Below are positions 10,049 to 17,940 of a stretch of DNA of 25,430 nt, one piece after another; position 1 is the first letter of the stretch; each line of letters starts with the position of its first letter. The translations under genes and the position numbers were made by a program. This stretch comes from Halobacteriaceae archaeon (lineage in GTDB: Archaea; Halobacteriota; Halobacteria; Halobacteriales; Halobacteriaceae), in the NCBI GenBank assembly GCA_042216675.1, contig JBDGTS010000015.1, positions 1-25,430 of the forward strand. Direction: 5' to 3'. The notes under the pieces were generated by a model. The model was not told the origin of the DNA. It searched no databases and was given only the letters and a program-made list of their open reading frames with translations.

Positions 10049-10294
10049 GTGCACGCGGCCACGCTTCGCTTTTCCTACGCAGATGCCGCCCGCGCCAGCG
10101 TCGTCGCCGCCAGCGTCGCCCGCGAGGCCGGCGACATCGAGGGCGACCGCACGGAGGCGACTGTCGACCGCGACGGCGCGACGGTGACGGTTCGCGTCTC
10201 GGCGGACGACTTGGTGGCGCTTCGTGCCGGCACGAACACGTGGACGTCGCTCGTCGAGACGGCCGAAGCCGCCGCGGCGAGTGCCGCCGACTGA
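10049..10294 (+). CDS. pcc1: KEOPS complex subunit Pcc1
   Basis: 81 aa; ...DRTEATV...VSADDLVALRAGTNTWTSL; canonical position after rpoP. Confidence 0.9.
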   Translation: MHAATLRFSYADAARASVVAASVAREAGDIEGDRTEATVDRDGATVTVRVSADDLVALRAGTNTWTSLVETAEAAAASAAD

Positions 10295-10299
10295 CTGCG

Positions 10300-10806
10300 T
10301 TAGCCGGTCACGTACTTCCGGCCCACGATGGAGTTCGTCGGCGAGTGGATCACCTGTATCAGGTACTGAGTTCCGGATTTCACGTCGGTGTACGCCGCCT
10401 CCACGTTCGTCGACACCTGTTCGCCGGCGACGGAGACTGTGCCCTCGGCCGCGTTGATGGTCAGCGTCTCCCCGACGGCAACGGTGGGGTTGACGCTATT
10501 GTCCTCCCACCTCACGCTCTGGTTCTTCCCGACCGGATTGATGGCTATCCTGAGTTGGCCGGCCGGGAGGGGGTCCCCACTCTCGACGGTGATGGAGAAC
10601 GAGTCGGCCTCCGCGTCCGCGGACGCGGCCAGCGTCGTGGACGGTTCGGGAATGGGCGTCTCGGTTCCCCCACCGCCGCCGCTTCCCCCGCCGGACCCGC
10701 CCCCGCTCCCGCCGGATCCGCCGCCACCGCCGCCACAGCCGGCCAACAGCGTGACTGCGCCTGCGAGAACAGTTCGTCGGGACGTTCGGTTGGGTACGTG
10801 TGGCAT
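10300..10806 (-). CDS. Predicted Tat-exported lipoprotein with Gly/Ser linker and beta-rich (pilin-like) domain
   Basis: ATG at 10806; SRRTVL twin-arginine motif, hydrophobic stretch, LAGC lipobox, GGGGGGSGGSGGGSGGGSGGGGG linker; TTTTTAATAA box 21-30 nt upstream on the minus strand. Confidence 0.82.
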   Translation of the reverse strand: MPHVPNRTSRRTVLAGAVTLLAGCGGGGGGSGGSGGGSGGGSGGGGGTETPIPEPSTTLAASADAEADSFSITVESGDPLPAGQLRIAINPVGKNQSVRWEDNSVNPTVAVGETLTINAAEGTVSVAGEQVSTNVEAAYTDVKSGTQYLIQVIHSPTNSIVGRKYVTG

Positions 10807-10971
10807 ACCACAAGCGATAAACTGCATTATTAAAAATCTAACCCCGCCAGCCCCTGTCGCGTCTGTCAGTTCTCCCGGTCCGAGGCACCACTGGAAACCC
10901 CCAGCCCACGCGGCCGCGACGACGCGAACCGAAAGCGGGGGTTTTTCACGCCGGACGCACACGGTCTGGGT

Positions 10972-11364
10972 ATGCAGGGCAACCTTCCGCCGGAGGCCCA
11001 GGAGAAGATCGAAGAACTCCAGGACCTCCAAGAGACCGCACAGCAGGTCGCGATGCAAAAACAACAGGCCGAGACACAGCTCAACGACGCCGAGACGGCG
11101 CTCGACGAGCTCGACGACATCGAGGAGGACGCCACCATGTACCGCGAGGTCGGGGAACTCCTCGTGAAGACCGGCTACGACGAGGCCAAGGACGACCTCG
11201 AAGAGAAGGTCGACAACCTCGAAGTTCGCGTCCAGACCCTCGAGAAGCAGGAGGAGCGCGTGCAGGAGCAGTTCGAGGACCTGCAGAGCGAACTCGAAGA
11301 GATGCTGGGCGGCGCGGGCGGCGGCGGTCCGGCCCCCGGCGCGGGCGGTCCCGGCGGCGCGTAA
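10972..11364 (+). CDS. pfdB: Prefoldin beta subunit
   Basis: [26 protein letters not shown], coiled coils around [10 protein letters not shown], Gly-rich tail. Confidence 0.96.
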   Translation: MQGNLPPEAQEKIEELQDLQETAQQVAMQKQQAETQLNDAETALDELDDIEEDATMYREVGELLVKTGYDEAKDDLEEKVDNLEVRVQTLEKQEERVQEQFEDLQSELEEMLGGAGGGGPAPGAGGPGGA

Positions 11365-11365
11365 C

Positions 11366-11614
11366 GTGACTGACGAGGCAGCCGCGGTGGAGGAAGCGGC
11401 CGCGGCGGCCACGGACGTCGTTTTCTCGCACCTCGACCGCGACGTGGTCGAGGACCTCGACGTGAGCGTCTCCCTCAGTGACGACGAACTCGACGTCGAG
11501 GTGTTCCTTCTGGCGCCCGAGGCCGGCGCGGACGTGGACGCCGTGGCGGACGACGCGGCCCTCGCGGCGCGCGGCGCCGCCGACCGCGTGCTACGTGAGC
11601 AAGAAGAGGAGTAG
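11366..11614 (+). CDS. Small acidic protein, DUF3194-like
   Basis: AAAAATDVVFS...VEDLDVSV...LDVEVFL...ADDAALAARGAAD; follows pfdB by 1 nt. Confidence 0.75.
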   Translation: MTDEAAAVEEAAAAATDVVFSHLDRDVVEDLDVSVSLSDDELDVEVFLLAPEAGADVDAVADDAALAARGAADRVLREQEEE

Positions 11615-13444
11615 GCTCAGTGCCATCGCGGCGACGACGACGGACCCGACGAGGGCGCCGCCCATCGCCACCACCGTGTTGGCGTGGCTGGCGAGCGTCT
11701 CCGTCCGGTCGTTCCCGAACACGGTGACGGTGGCCCGTTCGGTCGCCATCCCCGCCGCGACCGGTTCGCAGTCCGCGCGTGCGTCCGAGACCAGTCCCGA
11801 CACCAGCGACCCGAGTCGGTCCACGTCGATGTCGCCGCCGACCTGATTCACCGACTCCAGCGTGTTCACCACGTGGGTGTCCGTCGTCATCACCTCGACA
11901 GCGTCGACGCCCTCGATGGCGTCGCGGAGGCGCGCCCGGACGCCCGGATCCATGTTGTTCCCGTCCACCAGCACGTACGCCGTCGTGTGTCCGGCCACCT
12001 CGGTGACGGCGACCCGGACCCCAAGCGGTCCGATGCCCTCCGCGGGCGTCCACGGCGTCGGGTCCCACGCGGTGCCGAGTTCGAGAGGGCCGTCCGCCCC
12101 GTTCGCGACGGACTCCGCCGCCTCGCGCGCGGCGGCGATGACGTCGAATGAGCGCTTGCTCCCCGGGTGGACGTGCCCGAGGTCCGGCCCCTCGAGGCCG
12201 TTGTTGCTGTTGTGCGCGTCCGCGAGCATCACGTCGTCGAGGCCGGCACCGCGGGCTTCCGAGACGGCCGCGAGACCGACGCCGTACTCCACATCGTCGG
12301 CGAAGCCCGGTGCGAACGTCGCCGCGAGAAAGGCCCCGGAGCCAAAGCCCTGTGCCAGCACCGAGGCGTCGCCCGCCTCGGCGCGGACGCCCGGCGTGGC
12401 CGTCTCGGTCGTCTCGATGCGCTCGCGGGCCGTCCTCGCGGCGTCGACGACGGTTTCGACTTCCCGAGTCGTGACGAGGTTGAAGTCGTGGCCCGCCGTG
12501 GCGTGTGGCGGAAATGCGAGGCCATCGGCCGATTCGGCGATGCGCTTCGGGAGGTTGCCGCCGCCGATTTCGCCCATCGGGCCGGGGTGAATCATCGGCA
12601 GGACGAAGCGGGCCTTCTCCGTGCCGTCCGGGCGCTCGAACGCCAGCACCGTCACCGGGACGACGGCCTCCTCGCCGATCTGCTCGAAGAAGTCCTCCAG
12701 TTCGTCGGTCCCCTCCGCGATGTGGCCGACGAAGCCACGCAGGAAGTCGAACACGCTCACGCCGAGCGCCCGCTTCCACGGCCGGTCGATGACCCAGAGG
12801 GTGCCCACGGCGGCGCCGGCGTACAGCGCGGACACGGCGGCGAGCATCAGGAAGTCCTCGGGGGAGATGACGAGCAGTCGCTCCGGGGCGACGCCCGGTC
12901 GCGAGAGATACGACCGCATCAGGGGGCCTCCGATTTCGAGGTAACGCATCGTGCCGCTGTACACGAACAGTAACACCGCCGCCGTGCCGGTCTGGACGCC
13001 CGCCGGCGCGATGCCGAGCCACGAGTTCCGCGAGACGGCGAGGACGACGACGAGGCGGACGGCGAACACCAGCCCCAGCGCCGCGATGAGTGCGTTGACG
13101 ATGAACTCCTGTCCGTAGCCGGTCACCAGTGCGATGCCGCCGGCCCCCACCATGACGGCGACGACGACGACTTCACACGTCAACGCGAGGAGCGCCGACC
13201 GGTTGTACGTCAGCTGTCCGCCGACCCAGCGGTCCAGCGGCGTCGTCAGCGCCGTCGCCGTCAGCGTCGGGATGCCGATGAAGAAGATGCCCTGCCACGC
13301 GTCCTCGAGGAAGTACGCCTCCTCGAACGCGGCGATACCGGCGAGCGCGGCGATGACGAGGGCGAATGCGGCGCTCGCGTACCAGTTCGGCGCCCTGAAG
13401 ATGAACTTCGAGAGGTCCGCGAGTTCGCCCTGCGTCGCGCTCAT
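11591..13444 (-). CDS. Conserved archaeal membrane protein, DUF2070-like
   Basis: Multi-TM N-terminus then IHPGP, PHATAGHDFN, DAHN, DGNN, TTDTH motifs and a C-terminal TM; ATGA overlap with guaAa. Confidence 0.85.
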   Translation of the reverse strand: MSATQGELADLSKFIFRAPNWYASAAFALVIAALAGIAAFEEAYFLEDAWQGIFFIGIPTLTATALTTPLDRWVGGQLTYNRSALLALTCEVVVVAVMVGAGGIALVTGYGQEFIVNALIAALGLVFAVRLVVVLAVSRNSWLGIAPAGVQTGTAAVLLFVYSGTMRYLEIGGPLMRSYLSRPGVAPERLLVISPEDFLMLAAVSALYAGAAVGTLWVIDRPWKRALGVSVFDFLRGFVGHIAEGTDELEDFFEQIGEEAVVPVTVLAFERPDGTEKARFVLPMIHPGPMGEIGGGNLPKRIAESADGLAFPPHATAGHDFNLVTTREVETVVDAARTARERIETTETATPGVRAEAGDASVLAQGFGSGAFLAATFAPGFADDVEYGVGLAAVSEARGAGLDDVMLADAHNSNNGLEGPDLGHVHPGSKRSFDVIAAAREAAESVANGADGPLELGTAWDPTPWTPAEGIGPLGVRVAVTEVAGHTTAYVLVDGNNMDPGVRARLRDAIEGVDAVEVMTTDTHVVNTLESVNQVGGDIDVDRLGSLVSGLVSDARADCEPVAAGMATERATVTVFGNDRTETLASHANTVVAMGGALVGSVVVAAMALSLLLFLLT

Positions 13445-13989
13445 TCACAGATGGTGACGAAGTTCTCGAACACAGCGTCGCCCTCTTCGGTGTGTGCCAC
13501 CTCGGGGTGCCACTGCACGCCGTAGACGTCGCGGTCGGAGTCGCTCATCGCCTCGATACCACACACGTCGCTCTCGGCCGTCTTCGTGAAGCCCGCTGGC
13601 AGTTCGGTCACCTCGTCGGCGTGGCTCGCCCACACGCGCGTCTCCGGGGCCAGCGACCCGAGAAGCGGGTCCTCGGCGTCGAGGATGCGCACGTCCACGT
13701 CGGCGTAGCCGCCGTAGTCGCCGCTCCCGACGGTGCCGCCGAGTTCCGTCGCGATGAACTGCATCCCCAGACAGATGCCGAGGACGGGCACGTCGAGGTC
13801 CAGATACTCCGCACAGCGCCCCACGTCGTCGATGTCGGGGCCGCCGGAGAGAACGAGGCCGTCGGCGTCGAGGTCCTCGGGTGGCGTCGTGTTGTCGACC
13901 AGTTCCGTCTCCACGTCCAAGTCCCGGAGCGCTCGTTGCTCCAGATGTGTGAACTGGCCGTGGTTGTCCACGACGGGAATCCGCGTCAT
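13441..13989 (-). CDS. guaAa: GMP synthase glutamine amidotransferase subunit A
   Basis: VVDNHGQFTH, LSGGP, GICLGMQ (catalytic Cys), ASHADEV, GVQWHPEVAHT. Confidence 0.95.
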   Translation of the reverse strand: MTRIPVVDNHGQFTHLEQRALRDLDVETELVDNTTPPEDLDADGLVLSGGPDIDDVGRCAEYLDLDVPVLGICLGMQFIATELGGTVGSGDYGGYADVDVRILDAEDPLLGSLAPETRVWASHADEVTELPAGFTKTAESDVCGIEAMSDSDRDVYGVQWHPEVAHTEEGDAVFENFVTICE

Positions 13990-14032
13990 GGGGGGCCGTA
14001 CACGATTGTCGGGTAAAAACCCACCTGTCTAC

Positions 14033-14437
14033 TCAGAACGATTCCTCGATGACCTCGCCGACGGCGAAGTTCGACTTCACTTCCGTAATCTCGACTTTGA
14101 CGCGTTCGCCCACCTCCGTGTCCGGGACGATGATGACGTAGCCCCGTTCGACGCGGGCGATGCCGTCGCCCTGCTTGCCGATGTCCTCGATTTCGACGTA
14201 GCGGATTTCGCCCTCCTCGACCGGGGGTTGGGGCTCTGCGGGCGCCGTCTCGGTCGGCTCGGCCGCTTCGCCGTCCTCCTCGGACGACGTGCGGGAGATG
14301 AGTGCGACGCGGTACACTTCGCCCGGTTCGACGGATCCGGTTTCGACCTCCGTGTCCGGAATCTCGATGACGTAGTCGCCGTCGCGAGCGGTCACTTCGC
14401 CGTTGAACAGACAGAGGAGTTCGTCAGAGATTTGCAT
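14033..14437 (-). CDS. Single TRAM-domain protein with N-terminal extension
   Basis: C-terminal PPVEEGEIRYVEIEDIGKQGDGIARVERGYVIIVPDTEVGERVKVEITEVKSNFAVGEV. Confidence 0.9.
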   Translation of the reverse strand: MQISDELLCLFNGEVTARDGDYVIEIPDTEVETGSVEPGEVYRVALISRTSSEEDGEAAEPTETAPAEPQPPVEEGEIRYVEIEDIGKQGDGIARVERGYVIIVPDTEVGERVKVEITEVKSNFAVGEVIEESF

Positions 14438-14562
14438 AGTCGAGTCTCCTGCCGGGGGCGACGGAGTGGACCATTAAAGAACTGTCGGGTTCGCCGGAAC
14501 GTGGGGGGGACCGGACGCGCCACACCGCCGCGTCCCTCGTCACCGAGCGGTGGCGCGAACCG

Positions 14563-15213
14563 TTATCGGCCGTCGAGCCGAGATCCGTCGGGGCGTTTCG
14601 GCCCCTCCGAGTCGTGGACGACGGTTTCGCCCGGCCCCACGTCCACTGGCTCGTAGTTCTCCCTGACGGCGATGGCCTCCTCCAGTTCGCGGACCGCGCG
14701 CTCCTTCAGGGCCGCGGCGAGGTCCTCGGCCGCCTCGCGCGAGATGTCCCGGCCCAGCCCCTCGCACTCGTGCGCGCGAACCATGCCCTCCTCGTCGACG
14801 GCCTCGCCCATCGGCTGACTCGTCCCGCCGAGAGCGACGCTGAACGGGTAGGTCTGACAGACAAGCGGCCGGTCTTCGTGGACCGTGCAGGCTCCCATCC
14901 CGTCCGTCTCCTCGTAGAACGTGCAGTCGCCGCAGTCGTCCGTCTGGAGCGACCACTCGAACGTCTCGCCCGTGCCGTCCTCGTCGAGGCCGAAGGGCAC
15001 CGGGCGCGCCACGTCGCGCCACGCCTCGTCGGTGGCGTTCTGCAGGGCGCGCACCTCGTCGGGGAACAGCGTCGCCGTGTGTTCGTCGTCGCCGTGGCCC
15101 GTACAGCAGGCGCCACAGCGGGTACACTCGAAGCCGATGGACTCGATGGCGTCCGCCAGCGCCGCCGGGTCGAGGTCCCGCGCCCGTTCGAGTTCGGCTT
15201 CGAGGCTCTCCAT
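14563..15213 (-). CDS. YkgJ family cysteine-cluster (CxxCxxCC) protein
   Basis: FECTRCGACC, GDCTFY, ACTVHEDRPLVCQTYPF, HECEG. Confidence 0.9.
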   Translation of the reverse strand: MESLEAELERARDLDPAALADAIESIGFECTRCGACCTGHGDDEHTATLFPDEVRALQNATDEAWRDVARPVPFGLDEDGTGETFEWSLQTDDCGDCTFYEETDGMGACTVHEDRPLVCQTYPFSVALGGTSQPMGEAVDEEGMVRAHECEGLGRDISREAAEDLAAALKERAVRELEEAIAVRENYEPVDVGPGETVVHDSEGPKRPDGSRLDGR

Positions 15214-15250
15214 GTCCGCGATTCGAGCGGCGTCCGGAAAAGGAGCGCGG

Positions 15251-15523
15251 CTACGCGTCGAGGAAGTAGACCTGTTTGCGGGCGTCGCGGAAACTGTACC
15301 GCGAGTCCACGAGGTCAGCCTCTTCGAGGCGGTTCAGCGCGTAGCGCACCGTCCGGTCGGGGAGGAGCGACTCCTCGGCGAGTTTCCCCTGCGAGAGGGG
15401 CGCGTCGGTTTCGAGAACCTTCGCGACCAGCTTCGCGCTCGGTGGAAGTTCGCGGAGCCGATCGCGGAACTTCTCGTCGGACATCAACACCTCGCCGGAC
15501 GACTCCCCGGTGGTCGTGCTCAT
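15251..15523 (-). CDS. Small winged-helix (MarR-like) DNA-binding protein
   Basis: LPPSAKLVAKVL...LSQGKLAEESLLPDRTVRYALNRL...RDARKQVY; the start could be a downstream Met. Confidence 0.88.
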   Translation of the reverse strand: MSTTTGESSGEVLMSDEKFRDRLRELPPSAKLVAKVLETDAPLSQGKLAEESLLPDRTVRYALNRLEEADLVDSRYSFRDARKQVYFLDA

Positions 15524-15543
15524 ACTCCGTGGTGGCCGATGGT

Positions 15544-15593
15544 CGTAGATAAAGGCTGTCTATATGCACTTTCTACGTATTAATACTGTATTA
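15544..15593. promoter_or_regulatory. AT-rich divergent promoter region with palindromes
   Basis: GTATTAATAC (15577-15586), TAATAC-t-GTATTA (15581-15593), CGTAGA (15544-15549)/TCTACG (15572-15577). Confidence 0.55.
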
Positions 15594-15647
15594 GGTCACT
15601 AGTTCACCCTCGAAACGCATATGTCCAGTCCGGCCGACCGCGGCGAC

Positions 15648-16037
15648 ATGGCGACGATTCCCGAGAGCCACGCGGACCTGTTGGAGAGCGACGCGACGGC
15701 CGTCTTCGGCACCATCAACCCCGACGGGACGCCTCACATGACGCCGGTGTGGGTCGGCCGCGACGGCGACGACGTCCTCGTGAACTCCGCGACGGGGCGC
15801 CGGAAGGTGAAAAACGCCCGCCGGAACGCAGACGCCGGCGTGTGCGTGATGGACCCCGAGGACCCGTATCGCTACCTCTCGGCGTGGGGCGACATCGTCG
15901 AGGTGACGACGGAGGGCGCCGTCGACCACATCCACGACCTGTCGCGGCGCTACACCGGCGAGGATTACGACTTGAGCGGCGACGCCGGGGAGCGGGTCAT
16001 CCTGCGCCTGCGCCCCGAGGACGTCACGACGTGGTGA
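15648..16037 (+). CDS. PPOX-class (pyridoxamine 5'-phosphate oxidase-like), probably F420-dependent oxidoreductase
   Basis: GTINPDGTPHMTPVWV, GRRKVKNARRN, DPEDPYRYL, ERVILRLRPE; alternative start 15621. Confidence 0.88.
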   Translation: MATIPESHADLLESDATAVFGTINPDGTPHMTPVWVGRDGDDVLVNSATGRRKVKNARRNADAGVCVMDPEDPYRYLSAWGDIVEVTTEGAVDHIHDLSRRYTGEDYDLSGDAGERVILRLRPEDVTTW

Positions 16038-16172
16038 TCAGCGGGAGTGGCGGTTGTACTGCCCGAGCGGACGCCCGCAGTCCGGGCAGTGGACGAACAC
16101 CATCCCCTCGCGTTCGTGCCGCTCTAACTCCTCGGCGTCGAACTGCTCGTCGCAGTTGCGGCAGGTTGGCAT
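16038..16172 (-). CDS. 44-aa CPxCG-type zinc-finger microprotein (not in the ORF track)
   Basis: Hand translation: MPTCRNCDEQFDAEELERHEREGMVFVHCPDCGRPLGQYNRHSR*; fills the gap and abuts the PPOX stop. Confidence 0.82.
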   Translation of the reverse strand: MPTCRNCDEQFDAEELERHEREGMVFVHCPDCGRPLGQYNRHSR

Positions 16173-16256
16173 ACCCCATGCTATCGGGCCGAGCGCGTTA
16201 TGTGTTGTGGCGGATGCAGTATTGTTTTATCCCCGCCCCGATACGGAGATGACACG

Positions 16257-16961
16257 GTGAAGGGAGAGGAGTGGTACCAGGAGAGCGAGGTCGCCCAGCG
16301 CTACGAGGAGAAACGGTTCTCGCGAGGGGGCCGGCTCATCGACCGGCGCGAGAAGGAGGCCGTCCTCGACGCCATCGGACCGGTCGAGGGCGACGACGTC
16401 CTCGAAATCGCGTGTGGCACCGGCCGGTTCACGGTGATGCTGGCCGAACGGGGCGCGAACGTCCTCGGCCTCGACATCTCCGGCCCGATGCTCCAACAGG
16501 GCCGGAGCAAGGCCCGACGCGCGGGCGTCGCCGACACGCTGGAGTTCATGCGCGGCGACGCCGCCCGCCTGCCGTTCCCCGACGACCACTTCGACTCCGT
16601 CATCGCGGTCCGCTTCTTCCATCTCGCGGACACGCCCGCGACGTTCCTCAGCGAGATGGCCCGCGTCTCCAAGGACCGCGTCTTCTTCGACACGTTCAAC
16701 GGCTACAGCACCCGGTCCCTGTACAACTGGCTCCTGCCGATGGGGTCCCGCCTCTACTCCCGGTCAGACGTCCACGAACTGCTCTCGGAGGTGGACCTCG
16801 AACTCGCGAACGCCGAACACGACTTCGTGTTGCCCTACGGCTTCTACCGCAAGATTCCCGACGGCATCGCCACGCGCATCCGCTCGCTCGACACGACCCT
16901 CGTCGGGACCGGTCCCGGCGAACACCTCGCGTCCGTCTCTTACTGGACCACGACGGTCTGA
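16257..16961 (+). CDS. Class I SAM-dependent methyltransferase
   Basis: GTG start 16257 with TTTTAT upstream; VLEIACGTGRF, GLDISGPML, GDAARLPFPDDHFDSV, RFFHL. Confidence 0.9.
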   Translation: MKGEEWYQESEVAQRYEEKRFSRGGRLIDRREKEAVLDAIGPVEGDDVLEIACGTGRFTVMLAERGANVLGLDISGPMLQQGRSKARRAGVADTLEFMRGDAARLPFPDDHFDSVIAVRFFHLADTPATFLSEMARVSKDRVFFDTFNGYSTRSLYNWLLPMGSRLYSRSDVHELLSEVDLELANAEHDFVLPYGFYRKIPDGIATRIRSLDTTLVGTGPGEHLASVSYWTTTV

Positions 16962-17010
16962 CCCCGTTCGGACCGGGGTTCTTTTCACCTCCCACCGGAT
17001 AGGGAGCGCT

Positions 17011-17925
17011 ATGGAGCTGTCGGTAGTGGTCCCGACCCTCAACGGACGGGCCCACCTCGAGGCGGCACTCGACGCCGTGGCGACCCGCGCCCCGCACGCG
17101 GAGGTGGTGGTCGTGAACGGCCCCTCTACCGACGGCACCGGCGGCCTCGTCCGCAGTCACGAGGCGCCGGACCGGCGCGTCGAAGTCGCGGAGCGGAACC
17201 CGAACGTGGCGCGAAACGCCGGCATCGAGGCCAGCACCGGTGACGCCGTCGCGTTCGTCGGGCAGGCGTCCGCGCTCGAACCCGGGTGGACTGCCGGCGT
17301 CCGAGAGGCGCTCGGTGACGGCGCCGACGCGGTGACCGGTCCCGTCCACCACACCGTCAACGGCGGCGTGACGACGGCGACGCCTGAGCGAACGCGCATC
17401 GCGCGTCGGGACGTGACGTTCTTCGACGCCGGCAACGTGGCGCTGACACGGGCCGCGCTCGACGCCCTCGATGGTTTCGACGAGTATCTCTCCGTCGGGG
17501 GCGCCCGCGACGTGGCCCACCGCCTCGCCGCCCTCGACCGGACCGTCGCGTGGCACGCCGACGTGGCCGTCCTCCGCGCGAAGACGGAGTCCCCGGACCG
17601 CCTCGCGGACCCCGACGCGCCGACGCGAGGCGTGCGCTACCGCTGTCTGGCCTACTGCCGCGCGAAGAACTACGGGCTCCGCCCCTCCGTCGCGACGGGG
17701 ACGGTGCAGGACGCCGCTGAGGAGGCGATGTCGGCGCTCCGTGACGTGTTCGCCGGGGAGGGACGGCTCTCGTCGTGGCTCGGAACCGGGCGCGACGTGC
17801 TGACGAACCTCGCCCGCGGCGCCGCGGCGGGCCTCCGGGCGCGCGCCACCGACCGCTCGGCCGCGCCGAACCCCCACGGCGTTTCCTCCCGGCGTGACCG
17901 GGCCGTCGTCACCCAGTCGCACTGA
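17011..17925 (+). CDS. Glycosyltransferase family 2-like protein (atypical motifs)
   Basis: LSVVVPTLN, VVVVNGPSTDGT, ARNAGIEASTGDAVAF, GNVAL, GFDEYL. Confidence 0.85.
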   Translation: MELSVVVPTLNGRAHLEAALDAVATRAPHAEVVVVNGPSTDGTGGLVRSHEAPDRRVEVAERNPNVARNAGIEASTGDAVAFVGQASALEPGWTAGVREALGDGADAVTGPVHHTVNGGVTTATPERTRIARRDVTFFDAGNVALTRAALDALDGFDEYLSVGGARDVAHRLAALDRTVAWHADVAVLRAKTESPDRLADPDAPTRGVRYRCLAYCRAKNYGLRPSVATGTVQDAAEEAMSALRDVFAGEGRLSSWLGTGRDVLTNLARGAAAGLRARATDRSAAPNPHGVSSRRDRAVVTQSH

Positions 17926-17940
17926 CGGCCGGCCCCTCGC

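Noticed and set aside
10666-10735. GGC-rich repeat as a CRISPR array or VNTR
   Set aside because: Degenerate codons of a Gly/Ser linker; no repeat-spacer structure.
10807-11412. Upstream extension of the lipoprotein (370-aa ORF)
   Set aside because: Antisense to pfdB; signal peptide and TATA box place the start at 10806.
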